DNA from: Octopus vulgaris
Lineage: Eukaryota
Direction: 5' to 3'
Assembly (NCBI GenBank): GCA_951406725.2
Contig: OX597840.1
Location: 18,042,001 to 18,106,000, forward strand
Length of the DNA: 64,000 bases
The translations under genes were made by a program, and so were the position numbers. Below, one piece after another: positions 12,667 through 24,790 of this stretch. Below the pieces are notes generated by a model. The model ran no database searches. It saw nothing but the letters and a program-made list of their open reading frames with translations, and was not told where the DNA came from. The stretch's first letter is position 1, and each line of letters begins with the position of its first letter.

Positions 12667-12900
12667 CATACACATACATACACATACATACATACATACA
12701 TACATACACATACATACATACATACATACATACACATACATACATACATACACACACATACATACACACACATACACACACATACATACATACACACATA
12801 CATACATACACATACATACATACACACATGCATATACATACATGCATATACATACATACATACACATACATACATACACACATACATACATACACACACA

Positions 12901-12945
<45 letters not shown>
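12630..12945. repeat. (TA)/(CATA)/(CA) compound microsatellite
   Basis: Directly visible. Confidence 0.95.
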
Positions 12946-13691
12946 TAAAGTTTATTTGCCAACATAATGTGGCAGTCCTGCAAAGGACTACTTTTTAACC
13001 TCAGATGAAAATTTTTTCCAGCTGGTTTATTGACGCACGGTCTGTGTCCAAGATATACTGTAAGCATATTTTAAGGCAGCAAGCTGGCAGAAACGTTAGC
13101 ACACTGGATGAAATGCTTACCAGTCTGCCTTTACATTCTGAGTTCAAATTCTGCTGAGGTTGACTTTGCCTTTCATCTTTTGGAGTCGATAAATTAAGTA
13201 CCAGTTGCATACTGGGGTCGACCTAATCGACTGGCCCCCTCCCCCAAAATTTCAGGCCTTGTGCCTAGAGTAGAAAAGAAGATATACTGTAAACAAAGAG
13301 GTTTACTACACCCTTCTAGCCATTGGCAGTACCAGCAGACCAATGGTTTCTGGGCAATTTATCCTTCTTCAATATTGGACAACTGTCTGGCTAGAGACAG
13401 CAGCCAGCTGTCTCGAGCCAGGCCTTACTCACAGTATATACTTATCAAAGTGACTGTCAGTTGCTGAGCTTGTAAGGAGAAAAACTCTGAATAAGATCTA
13501 TATAGTAAGATGTGGTTGAGTGGTAAAAAGCTTGCTTCCCAACCACATGGTTCTGGGTTCAGTCCCACTGCATGGCACCTTGGGCAAGTGTCTTCTACTA
13601 TAGCCTCGGGCAGATCAAAATCTCGTGAGTGAATTTGGTAGAAGGAAACTGAAAGAAGCCCATCGAGTGTGTTTGTGTGTATATATATATA

Positions 13692-13722
<31 letters not shown>

Positions 13723-14109
13723 GCATGTATATATATTTATATACAAATATATATGTTCGCATGTCTTTGTGTCTGCCCTCCACAACCACTTGCTGGTGTG
13801 TTTGTGTCCCCATAACTTAACAGTTCAACAGTCAACAGAAAAGAGACTGATAGAATAAGTAGTAGGCTTTAAAAAAATAAATCCTGGAATCAATTTATTC
13901 ATCTAAAACCCTTGAGGTCTGTGCCCCAGCATGGCCACAGTCAAATGACCGAAACAAGTAAACAAATAGAATAAGTACTAGGCTTACAAAGAATAAGTCC
14001 TGGGGTCGATTTGCTAGACTAAAGGCAGTGCTCCAGCATGGCCGCAGTCAAATGACTGAAACAAATAAAAGAGTAAAAGAGTAAAAGAGATATTTCCAAA
14101 TTCAAACTA

Positions 14110-15275
14110 TAATGTTCGTTTGTCATTGATGATGATGACCAGGACATTCACACTTGAGAAGATGGGTCATGGTGCATCTGGCTGTGGTTGATTTATGCCC
14201 AGAAGGTTCTGCTGCAGGTCAAGCATTGGTGGTCTGCTGGGAATGAAGGCAAGGAGTAAGCTCTGGACTTGCACATCACATGTTTACTTCGTGCTCCTGC
14301 AATCTTATTCTATTTATATTGGGTTGTCCGGAAAGTTTGTGCCGATTTATAGCAGCTTACCTTTCAACTTATTTTAGAACGTGGTTAAGTCCATAAAATA
14401 GGATTTGACTACAACTCCATTTAGAGCAGAGTTTAAGCTATCTTTTCATGGAAAAAGGTTTATGTTCCTATAACCTGTGTTAATTCTGTAACCCTTTAAA
14501 ATGGAAGATAAGGAAGTTCATTTTCGGTACTTGATGCTTTGAGAACCAGACAAAAATTGCTGCAGCTTGGCTGGGATGTGTTACCCCACCCTCCATATTC
14601 ACCAGATATTGCTCCTTCAGATTTCCACTTATTCAGGTCTCTGCAGAATAGTCTTAATGGTAAAAATTTCAATTCTTTGGGTGACGTAAAAAGATACCTT
14701 GATGAATTCTTTGCCATGAAACCACCTCAATTCTGGGAAGAGGGTATTTTCAAGTTAAAGGAAAGATGGAGACGCATTGTGCAACAAAATGGTTCATATT
14801 TGGTTGATTAAAAATGTAATGGCAAGTTTTTATGACCTTTTTCTTTCCTTTAAAAATTGGCACAAACTTTCCAGACAACTCAATAGTAGGTGAAAGCTTT
14901 GTTGGTGCTGCTATTCAATGCAGGGTGGTCTTGTACCTGCATTTCCCACATGTCAGGGTTGATCTGAAAGCACTTCAGTGATGCTTTGAGTGTTTCTTTG
15001 AAGTGCTTTTTCTGCCCACCTTGTGTGCGCCTACCTTCTGCCAATTCACTGTAAAAGAGCCTTTTCTATAGTTGTGTGTCAGGCATTCGAACAAGGTGGC
15101 CTGCCCACATGACCTGTGCTCTCTTCTGCAGAGTGTAAATGTCTGACAGAGAAGCACAATAGAAAACCTCCATGTTTGGGACCTTGTCTTGCCAGGTGAT
15201 TTTCAATAGCTTTCTCAAACCATTCATGTGGAAGTGGTTTAGGCCTCCTGCAATAGTCCCAGACCAACCAAAGCT
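14110..15275 (-). mobile_element. RTE-clade LINE 3' fragment (decayed), interrupted by a mariner derivative
   Basis: Minus-strand translation gives QVMWAGHLVRMPDTQL*KRLFYSELAEGRRTQGGQKKHFKETLKASLKCFQINPDMWE. Beyond the mariner is HQCLTCSRTF (zinc knuckle). Both are typical of RTE/BovB-like ORF C-termini. Confidence 0.75.
14319..14883 (+). mobile_element. Internally deleted mariner (DD34D) element
   Basis: TA target duplication; ~30-bp TIRs ttgggttgtccggaaagtttgtgccgattt / aaattggcacaaactttccagacaactcaa; transposase C-terminus WDVLPHPPYSPDIAPSDFHLF. Confidence 0.92.
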
Positions 15276-15841
15276 ATATGAGTAGATTTACTAGATGGAA
15301 ACTAAAGGAAGCTTGTCGTGTGTGTATGTGTGGCCTAGTTAGGTGTTGCAGTCAACTGACAAGCAAAATCTGTGGTATTGAGCAGAATATTTGCTGTAGC
15401 CCATCTTTTACACCAAGACAAAACAATGTACATGATAACACTTCCAATCAGTTAAGATCAGAAACCACGAGAGCCACTGCCTGGTACTGCATCAGGGCAT
15501 TTATTATTATTATTATTATTACCTCCACCTTAACAAAGACGTTTCCAGTCATGTTTGTTTGTTTGTTTGCCATCAGCATAGAGGATTTCCCAGGGGCAGC
15601 CTATCTCGAATTCCTATGTTATTTTAAACATCCCAGCAGTGTTTCCTGATGGGCCAGGTGCTTTCCCTGTCTTATACATATCTATACATATAAATTTGAC
15701 ATGGGCAATTCTTTCATGTCTTGGGATTCACGGTCAAACGGCTGGGTGGAATTGCGGGAAAAATTACACAGATGTGTAGAATGATCCAGTGGTGATGCTG
15801 GGCTTTGTAATTTTTCATAGTTCCCATGGATACCAAGATAA

Positions 15842-16284
15842 TCTACTATAATAATACTCTTGTGTTTATGAATGGGAAAGGAAGGAGTGATAGATGAATA
15901 AGGAAGGAAGGGGTGATGTCATACTTGGTAGTGGGATGATGAAAATTGTATGCTGAAAAAAATAAATCAAACAACGTTCCAACTCTGTGTGAATATATAT
16001 GTGTGTATGTAAAGGGGGGGGGCATGTGAATGTGTGTGTGTGTGCGTGCGCAATGGAAGTGGGATGGTTCATCTTTGTTCACGTGGTGTTTGGGTTTATT
16101 TTTTGATTTGGTTGAATCTTGGTTGCTTTTTTGTTGGTCAGTTATTTTTAGCATTTTGACAGAAAAAATTCATTCTAAAGTTGTTTTTTAACGTAAGCAT
16201 GCCCAAACAGTTGAATGCTTACACAGAGCAGGTTTTACAGCCACATCATCCAAACCGACTGGGTGAAACCGGGCTTAGCTGCTA

Positions 16285-16285
<1 letters not shown>
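15842..16285 (+). mobile_element. Non-autonomous Helitron-like element
   Basis: a|TCtactataataat start; subterminal GC hairpin ctgggtgaaaccggg followed by CTAG|t. Confidence 0.6.
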
Positions 16286-16326
<41 letters not shown>

Positions 16327-17460
16327 TAAATAAATAATAGAAGGGTAAAATTTATTAATCAAATTAATTAATTAATAATTTTACCAAGTAGATCAGTATG
16401 TTAAAATAACCTTTATAGGTAAAATTATCCACATAATTATAATTAGCTGAATGGTAATTATAATTATATATATATATATATATATACACACAACAGTTAC
16501 AAAATCCACTCACGAGGGCTGAGGGCTGTTAAGGCAAGACGATGTGAAGATTATAAACACTGAAAAAACGAGCTTTGAGAAGAGGCATGAAAGGGCTTCC
16601 AGGTGTAAATACCATGCCAGAACAGACAGTGAAGCCTGGTGCGGTCTTCTGCCTAGCCAACTCCTGTCAAAACCATCCCAACCATGCCAGCATAGAAAAC
16701 GGATGTTAAATGACAACGATGATGTTGATGATGACGATGACAATGACGATGTTGATGATGATGATGTTGATGATGATGATATATGTCCAGAGAGAAAATA
16801 AATGTGAAAAGCTGAAGCACTTGTATAAAGGATTTCATCACACACACACACATGTATGTATGTATGCATGTATGGATGTATGTAAGTATGCATGCGTGTG
16901 GGTGTGTTTGAATGTGCTTGTATGCGTATATGCATATATGTATGTAAGTGCATGTGTGTCTGTGTGTATACATGTTGTATATGGGTATGAGTATGTGTGT
17001 TTGGATGGAACAAAGAAAGAAAGAGAGAAAGAATGAATGAGGTAGTGAATGACAGAAAGCAAGAGAGAGGGAAAGAGAGAAGGAGTGTGTGTATGTGCAA
17101 ATGTGTGTGTGTATGTGCGAGTGCGTGTGTGTATGTGCGAGTGTGTGTGTGTGAGACATTTGTGGCCCAGAGACGGACTGGAATAATTATAATCGAAAGC
17201 AATAAGGTCAGAGAAAGTCTTCTGAGGAGAAAAGTAGGTTAAAATATCCATGAAAAGATCTTCTCTATTATTATTGACCACAGCAGCAACAACAGCACCA
17301 AAAAGCCACAATGACTGCAACAGCAGCAACAACAAGAACAACAGATGCAGCTTTAGTATCAACAACACAAGAATACAGCAATAGACAGAACACAGTGGAC
17401 TACCAGATAGACATAGGCAAAAAAATAAATGAAGTGACCAATAACAGAAAAAAATATATA

Positions 17461-17857
17461 GGCATAGGAGTGGCTGTGTGGTAAGTAGCTTGCTTACCAA
17501 CCACATAGTTCCGGGTTCAGTCCCACTGCGTGGCACCTTGGGCGAGTGTCTTCTACTATAGCCTCGGGCCAACTAAAGCCTTGTGAGTGGATTTGGTAGA
17601 CGGAAACTGAAAGAAGCCCGTCGTATATATGTATATACATGTATGCGTGTGTGTGTTTGTGTGTCTGTGTTTGTCCCATAGCATTGCTTGACAACCGATG
17701 CTGGTGTGTTTATGTCCCCGTAACTTAGCGGTTCAGCAAAAGAGACCGATAGAATAAGTACTGGGCTTCCAAAGAATAAGTCCTGGGGTCGATTTGCTCG
17801 ACTAAAGGCGGTGCTCCAGCAAGGCCACAGTCAAATAACTGAAACAAGTAAAAGAGT
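17461..17857 (+). mobile_element. SINE family A copy
   Basis: Full-length match to the family consensus. Confidence 0.85.
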
Positions 17858-19725
17858 TAAGTAAGAAAAAAAAAAGAAACTTTCCCCCCAAATAATACTT
17901 CGTTTACATCTTTCTACAATAATTTTTTACGACTGTTCAAATTTAATTAAAAGTGGGAAAATTTCATTTGAAAGTTTTGAGAAAAGAAATTTATTAAGAA
18001 TTCAAGAAAATACGTTTTAGTTGTCATTTTTAACGACTGATATACGTTTTAACCTTTTAGCATTTAAACTAGCCATGTCCAGTGCGGACATGGTTGTGTG
18101 GGAAGAATCTTGCTTCCTAACCACATGGTTCCAGGTTCAGTCCCACTGTGTGACATCTTAGGTAAGTGTCCTCTACTGTAGCCTTGGGCTTACTGAAGCC
18201 TTGCAAGTGGATTTGGTAGACAGAGACTGAAAGAAGCCTGTTGTATACAGGAAAAGTATCCTGCCATAAAAACCATGCTACAACAAACATTTGGAGTACG
18301 GACAGCTCCCTGGTAGCCAGCTCCATGTGGAAGGGTCCAACCCATGCCAGCATGGAAAGTGGACAATGATGATGATTATATATGTACATATATATAGACA
18401 TATATACATATATATAGATATGTTGAATCATTCTATGATTCTTTCATTCTTTTACTTGTTTCAGTCATTTGACTGTAACCATGCTGGAGCACCACCTTGA
18501 AGGGTTTTTGTCAAATAAGTTGACCCCAGGATTTATTTTCGAAGCCTAATACTTATTCTATCGGTCTCTCTGCTGAACTGCTAATTTACAGGGACGTAAA
18601 CACACCAACACCAGTTGTCAAGCAGTGATGGGGCAAGGCAAATATAGACACAAAGACACACACACACATGATAGACTTCTTTCAGTTTCCATCTGTCAAA
18701 TCCGCTCGCAAGGCTTTGGTCAGCCTGAGGATATAGCAGAAAACACTTACCCAAGGTGCCATGCAGTGGGACTGAACCCAGAACGGTGTGGTTGGGAAGC
18801 AAGCTTCTAACCACACAGCCATGCCTGTTCTTTTTAACTAATTCATTTTATTGTATCCCTGCTTTTGCCTAGTCCTGTGTTATAGTTTCAACTACTACAG
18901 TTTCATGGTTGGCTTCATACATTGCATGGTCATTGAACATTTTTTCTTTTATAAATAGTTTTAGTCACACTTAGTTACTTTCACATTTCAGTCCATTCCA
19001 GTGATGACTACTTTATAAGATAAGAACTATGTCATTGATATAGCTTAAATAACTTAATCTTTTCCCTTATACAGTTGAACTTCTGTTTATGAACTTAATA
19101 CATTCCTGAAGGCCATTTATCACCTGAAATGTTCATAAACCAAAACTAATTTTCCCGTAAAATGCCTAACAGTGTGAATTGGGACTGATTTTGAAATTAC
19201 ATTTTATTTGTATTACAATTCATGTTTTGAAAGAATATCTGAGGAAACCTTTTTTCTATCATACCGTGCTTCCCCAAAAATAAGACCTGGTCTTATTTTA
19301 ATTTTGCATCCAAAAAACTAGGGTTTATTTTCGGGAGATGCCTTATATTTTTGTGGAAAAGTCCAAGAAAGACAAACAAGTCTCATGTCCTTGTGTAAAA
19401 GGGAAAAATTGTAAAAAGAAAGCCGTGTTTTTAGTTATCAAAAGTTTATTTGCTTATAGTTTTTAGTCAAGTACAAACATTTCGTCCTCTTCTGGAACAT
19501 TGTTATAAATCATCAAACCCCGAACTTCAGACAGAATTTCTTGTAGAATCATGGACCCCAGTCTCTCATGTTTGGCAATATAACTTTTCCTTAAAGGTGG
19601 TGAGCTGGCAGAAATGTTAGCATGCCAGGCAAAATGCTTAGTGGTATTTCGTCTGTCGTTATGTTCTGAAAATAAATCAGGACGGCCTTCAACTTTTTCC
19701 AAGCAAGGACATTTTTATTCAGCAC

Positions 19726-20316
19726 CAATGGTTCTCTACTAGGGGTCCATATGGCCATTAGGGGTCCATAGAGCCCTTAGAGATCCGTATAAGATTTTGT
19801 TGATGTGCAATAAATTGCTTATATGTCTGCAGTACACAAACTATTTTAACAGTTCCTAATAATATTCAATTATAAAAATATGAATAGGACCTTTTTTTTT
19901 AACATCGAGTGGCTATAGGGGACCAATAGAGCAAAAAGGAATCAAAGGTGTCCATAGCCAAAAAATGGTTGGAGAAACACTGCTCTCACAAAAGCATGCA
20001 TATGGGTCGACTAGATGCAGTGGTTCTCAACTGGGGTCCATAGGGCCCTTGAGGGGTTCCACATAAGATTTTGTATCAAATGTTTAGTTCTAATTCTACA
20101 ATATACAAAATATTTTAATAATTTCTTTTATACAATTCCTAATAATATTTAATTATATTATAATATTTAATTATAATATAATTAATTTATTTGGATATTT
20201 AATTATAATATTTAAGTATAGAAATAAAATAGGACTTTCTTAAACATCAAATGGGTATAAGGAGTCCACCTGAGTGAAATAGAAATCAAAGGGACCCAAA
20301 TGGTTGAGAATCACTG
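19726..20316. mobile_element. Two adjacent hAT-like MITEs (19726-19982, 20018-20316)
   Basis: cagtggttctcaac...gttgagaatcactg TIRs; internal similarity to 1923-2212. Confidence 0.65.
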
Positions 20317-20539
20317 TTTTTATACCCCTTTTATTTAAAACTCAAGCCTGTCAAACAAAATGTTGCCGTCCAATGACTGAAACAAGTGAAAGACAAAAGA
20401 TTTAATTTACATCATAAGAATTCATAAACTTAGATTGATATAAAACAAATCAGGACAACCTTTTTTCAAGCAACGTTACTTTTTAAACATAATGTTCAAC
20501 TTGCTATTATATATAGCTTTATCTACTTCAAGTTCCACC

Positions 20540-20830
20540 ATTAAAAACAATTTATTATCTATATTCCTTTTTAGTTTCATCTCAGATAAGGTTTTCAAAG
20601 ACACCTTCCAGTAAAGTATTTAAAAAGCCTGGATGGATTAGATCCCCTTCTTTTACTCTTCTTTCAATACAGATCTTTCCTCCTTCAGGATAAAGTCTTA
20701 TAGATGACGTTTGTCAGCTATTGATTCTCCAGATAATCTCTACACACGCTTAATGTATTACGAAGTCAATTAAAAGACCCTAAGCACAGCTGAGGTTTCA
20801 ATACAACTGAATACTTTCTTACAATCAATA
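20540..20830 (-). mobile_element. Highly decayed RTE-like reverse transcriptase fragment
   Basis: Minus strand gives RRVKEGDLIHP...TLLEGVFENL across a frameshift, resembling the RT motif RGVxQGDxISPxLF...LExxFxxL. Confidence 0.4.
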
Positions 20831-20939
20831 AATCACAAACATATGCAGAGTCTCAAGGAAACAATAAGTGACTGAGGCTTTTGTGATTAGTTGGGCTTGA
20901 GAAGACATGTCAGGCTAAGTGAAACTGTAAGCCTGGCCA

Positions 20940-21312
20940 GTGTCAGAGGCACATAAAAGGCATGCACGCCCATGGCACCTGTGCCGGTGATGTGCAAAAA
21001 AGCACCTGTACTGGTGATACGTAAAAGGTACCGGTGACACATAAAAGATATACATACCAGTGGCACGTAAAAGCTACCTGTGGAAGTGACATATAAAAGG
21101 CACTTGTGCCAGAGACACATAAAAGGCACTGGTTGCACATAAAAGACATTTGTGCCAGTGACACTTAAAAGGTACCCATGCTGGTGACATGTAAAAGGCA
21201 TGGGTGACACATACAAGGTGCCAGTGACACATAAAAGGCACTGGTGACACGTAAAAGGCACCTTTGTTGATGACACGTCAAAGGCACTCTGTGGAGTGGT
21301 TGGCATTAGGAA
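20940..21312 (+). repeat. Degenerate tandem array of the cacataaaaggcac unit (RTE-type 3' end)
   Basis: Same unit as 4830-5340, followed by gtggttggcattaggaag. Confidence 0.7.
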
Positions 21313-22478
21313 GTTTGGTGAGTATCAAATAGGAAATTTCGGTTGTGTACACAGAGAAAACCAACACTAAAAGTATTTAGTGCCTAAAGTGCTGGTCCAA
21401 ATCACGTGTTCCTTTGAATAGTATGTTGTTGGTATAGTGTAGGGTGTCCGACAAGTTGTAAATTTCTTTGGTGTATTACAATCAGATGAATAATAACAGA
21501 CGATGGATAATTGTCGGCTCGTTACAACTGTTTCTTACATTTAATTTTTAATTGAAGGATGAGAACATTACTTCATTCTGAAAAACCATAATGTTCAGAT
21601 GGAGAGTAATTTAACAAACAAAAGAATATCTCAAGAGTACAGCAGGGGCGTGGCTGAAGTCTGCCAAGGCCAACTGTGAAATGGGAGCAGTGACCAACAA
21701 AGTTGGCCATTGAGGTCAAGGATACAGTTTGCAAGAGTGTATAGTATGGTATATGATGTCAGCAGCTTTGGTGAGAGAGGAATCAGCTAGACTGGTCCTT
21801 AGGCTGGAGTGGGGTGTAGGTGATATTTTATTATAGTAGGCTTAGTGCAATGGGAAGTAAGGAGAGGTCCTACTATAAATTAAGGATAACGGAAGAAAGA
21901 GTAAATAAAGCAAAAGTAAGGGTGAAGCAAAATAAAAGCATACAAGCCAATTAGGGTTTAGGATTCACTACCTAAGGCTAAAGAACAAAAGGAAGGGGGC
22001 AAAGATACACAGAATTTTGGGGTATTCTGTGGATATTGGTTCAAAGTTGGGGGAGGGTACGAAGGTAAGTGAATCAATAAGATCTAACTTTTATGGAATT
22101 GTAGTGTTAGTAAAAGTAAAGTACAGTTTATTATTAAGGTGTTTAAAGAAGAAGGGGTTACACCTAGTACGGAGTAAGAGGAAATACCAGATGAGTAATG
22201 TTCTCATTCTTCTATTAAAAATGATATGTATGAAACAGCTGTAATGACCAGATAATTATCTACCCTATATTATTATTTGAGTATATATATATATATATAA
22301 ATATATAGATCGTTAGCCACTACACACATTTTTTTCTCTCCTTGTTTTTTCCGTGTCCCTTTCTGTAGAAGAGCATAGGCTCGAAAAGTAAAAAAACTTT
22401 TTCTATTCCTGAGCGTTATACTAATACATCTGTTTGTTTTGTACACCACCTGTCTTCATCTTTTGTTTTTTTCGTAAG

Positions 22479-22541
<63 letters not shown>

Positions 22542-24187
22542 TAATTAAGAGCAGAAAATGGAGAGTTAATGGTTAATAATTAATTTATTAACATATTGAT
22601 AATCATTCCTGCAATTGTTTCAATTTGTACTCAGTTAATAAACCACGAATTTATGTAATAAATTTGCATTTATAAGTTGTGAAGAAAATATTTCCAGGGA
22701 AATATTAGACATTAAAGAATTGCACGGTGAACAATTTGTTCCTTCCAACATTCATCATCATCATCATCAAGTATATGTGTGTGTGTAGATAGAGAGACAG
22801 AGACAGATGGACAGAGAGGCTGACAGGTAGATAGACAGAGGGACAGACAAAGTGATACAAAGATATACAGATAGTGAGACGAAGACAGAGAGACAGACAC
22901 ACTTATGGAGAGACAGCCAGAGAAATAAACAGACACACAGACAGACATACAGGGAGACAGACAGACAGACAGATACACACAAACATAGACACACAGAGAG
23001 CTATTATAAACTCAAAATAAGAACATTTATCATTTATACTTCCTGTACGAATGAATACACGTTGTTTCTATGACACATTCAAACACACACATGTATACAC
23101 ACAAACAAACAAACCCACACACATACACACACACAGAGAACACAAGCACACATACACATGCACAATACTTTCACACAAATACAACACAAATACAAACAAT
23201 ACTTTCACAAGCATACATACACCCACACACACAAGCACATATATATTCACACAATACTTTCACAAGCACACATACACACACACTACTTTCACAAAAACAC
23301 ACACAAGCAAACACACGCATACAATACTTTCAAGGAAACACACACACAAACACTAACATACACACAAACACACACACACACAGACTAGAAAAGACAGTTT
23401 TAGAATCCGGCTGTGTTTGTATTCTAACAGTACATCTGACCGACATCATTCAGCTGGCATCAGGACAGAATTGGAACCAGATTTACACTAAAAGACAAAA
23501 TCTTTCTTTAAAAATGGAAAATAAGACCAAAAATGGATGAAAAATAAAAAATGGGAAACCAGGAATGGAAGAAAATGTTAGACTTACAACAAACTGGAGG
23601 AAATTTTGGTGGCACCGAGAGAAATATTGTTACGTATCCAAGTTTTTGATGAAGAAGGAGAAAAATGTAGAAAGTAGGGCGTCAGCATGTTTCTATTGAG
23701 AGAGAGGGAGAGAGAAAGAGGGAGAGAGAAAGAGGGAGAGAGAAGGAGAGAAGCACCATATCAGTTTACTTAACTCTTCGTCACACAAGAGAAAACCACA
23801 TAGATGATGTAGTATGTGTGTATGTAGTGTGTAGTATGTGTGTGTAGTGTGTAGTATGTAGTATATGTGTGTGTGTGCAGTATGTAGTATATGTGTGTGT
23901 GTAGTGTGTGATAGGTGCGCATGTAGTATGTGTGTGTGTAGTATGTGTGTGTGTGTGTGTGTGTAGTATGTGTGTGTGTGTGTAGTATGTGTGTGTGTGT
24001 GTCAGTGCACACACACACAAATATATTTGTGTACATATGGAAATGATTAAAATATTAAAATATTTTTTTCCAAAATATTATATATTTACATATACATATT
24101 ATACATATACAAACATGTATATATATATATGCATGTGTGTGTGTGTATATATATATATATACACATAAAATTATATATGTAATGTGC

Positions 24188-24228
<41 letters not shown>

Positions 24229-24257
24229 TAAAATTATATATGTAATGAGCATGTGTA

Positions 24258-24313
<56 letters not shown>

Positions 24314-24371
24314 TAATCGTTTCAGCCATGTAGCTGCAGTCATGCTGGAGCACCACTGTGGCAAAAGTATT

Positions 24372-24425
24372 AAATCTCACTAAGATTTGAACTCGGATCA
24401 CTGGATTCAAAGTTCTGAGTGCTAA
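24372..24425 (-). pseudogene. Truncated tRNA-Gln(TTG) pseudogene
   Basis: Minus strand TTAGCACTCAGAACTTTGAATCCAGTGATCCGAGTTCAAATCTTAGTGAGATTT closely matches the 3' two-thirds of metazoan tRNA-Gln-TTG. Anticodon at 24408-24410; 5' part missing and stems mutated. Confidence 0.7.
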
Positions 24426-24790
24426 ATCATGGAATGATATGCCACAAACTCTGTGATCTCGGCATAGCTGGAAAACTTGGAGAGTGGTTACATGACTTTC
24501 TGAAAGATAGAAGTCAGGCAGTAGTGGCCAATGGTACCACCTCAATGAAAGCACAAATAGTGAGCGGTGTTCCACAGGGCACTGTCTTGGGACCACTGCT
24601 TTTCATAGTGACCCTCTTAGATATGACCTCAAATGGCCAGATAGCCACCCTTACTAGCTATGCAGACGATACGAAAATCTTGCAGAAAATACAGAACCCC
24701 AGCGATGTTGCACATCTGTAGGAGGAGTTGGACTCAATTTACAGATGGGCTGAGGTTAATAATATACAGTTTAATGCTGAAAAATTCCAA
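24426..24790 (+). mobile_element. CR1/L2-group LINE reverse transcriptase fragment
   Basis: WLHDFLKDRSQAV...SGVPQGTVLGPLLF...YADDTKI...L*EELDSIYRWAEVNNIQFNAEKFQ, with an in-frame stop at 24719-24721; truncated on both sides. Confidence 0.88.

Noticed and set aside
16838-17572. 244-aa ORF and many similar SINE-spanning ORFs (ARGYSRRHLPKVPRSGTEP...)
   Set aside because: The peptide recurs wherever SINE family A occurs; non-coding repeat read-through.
24372-24425. Functional tRNA-Gln gene
   Set aside because: The 5' acceptor strand and D-arm are missing, and the anticodon and T stems contain mismatches.
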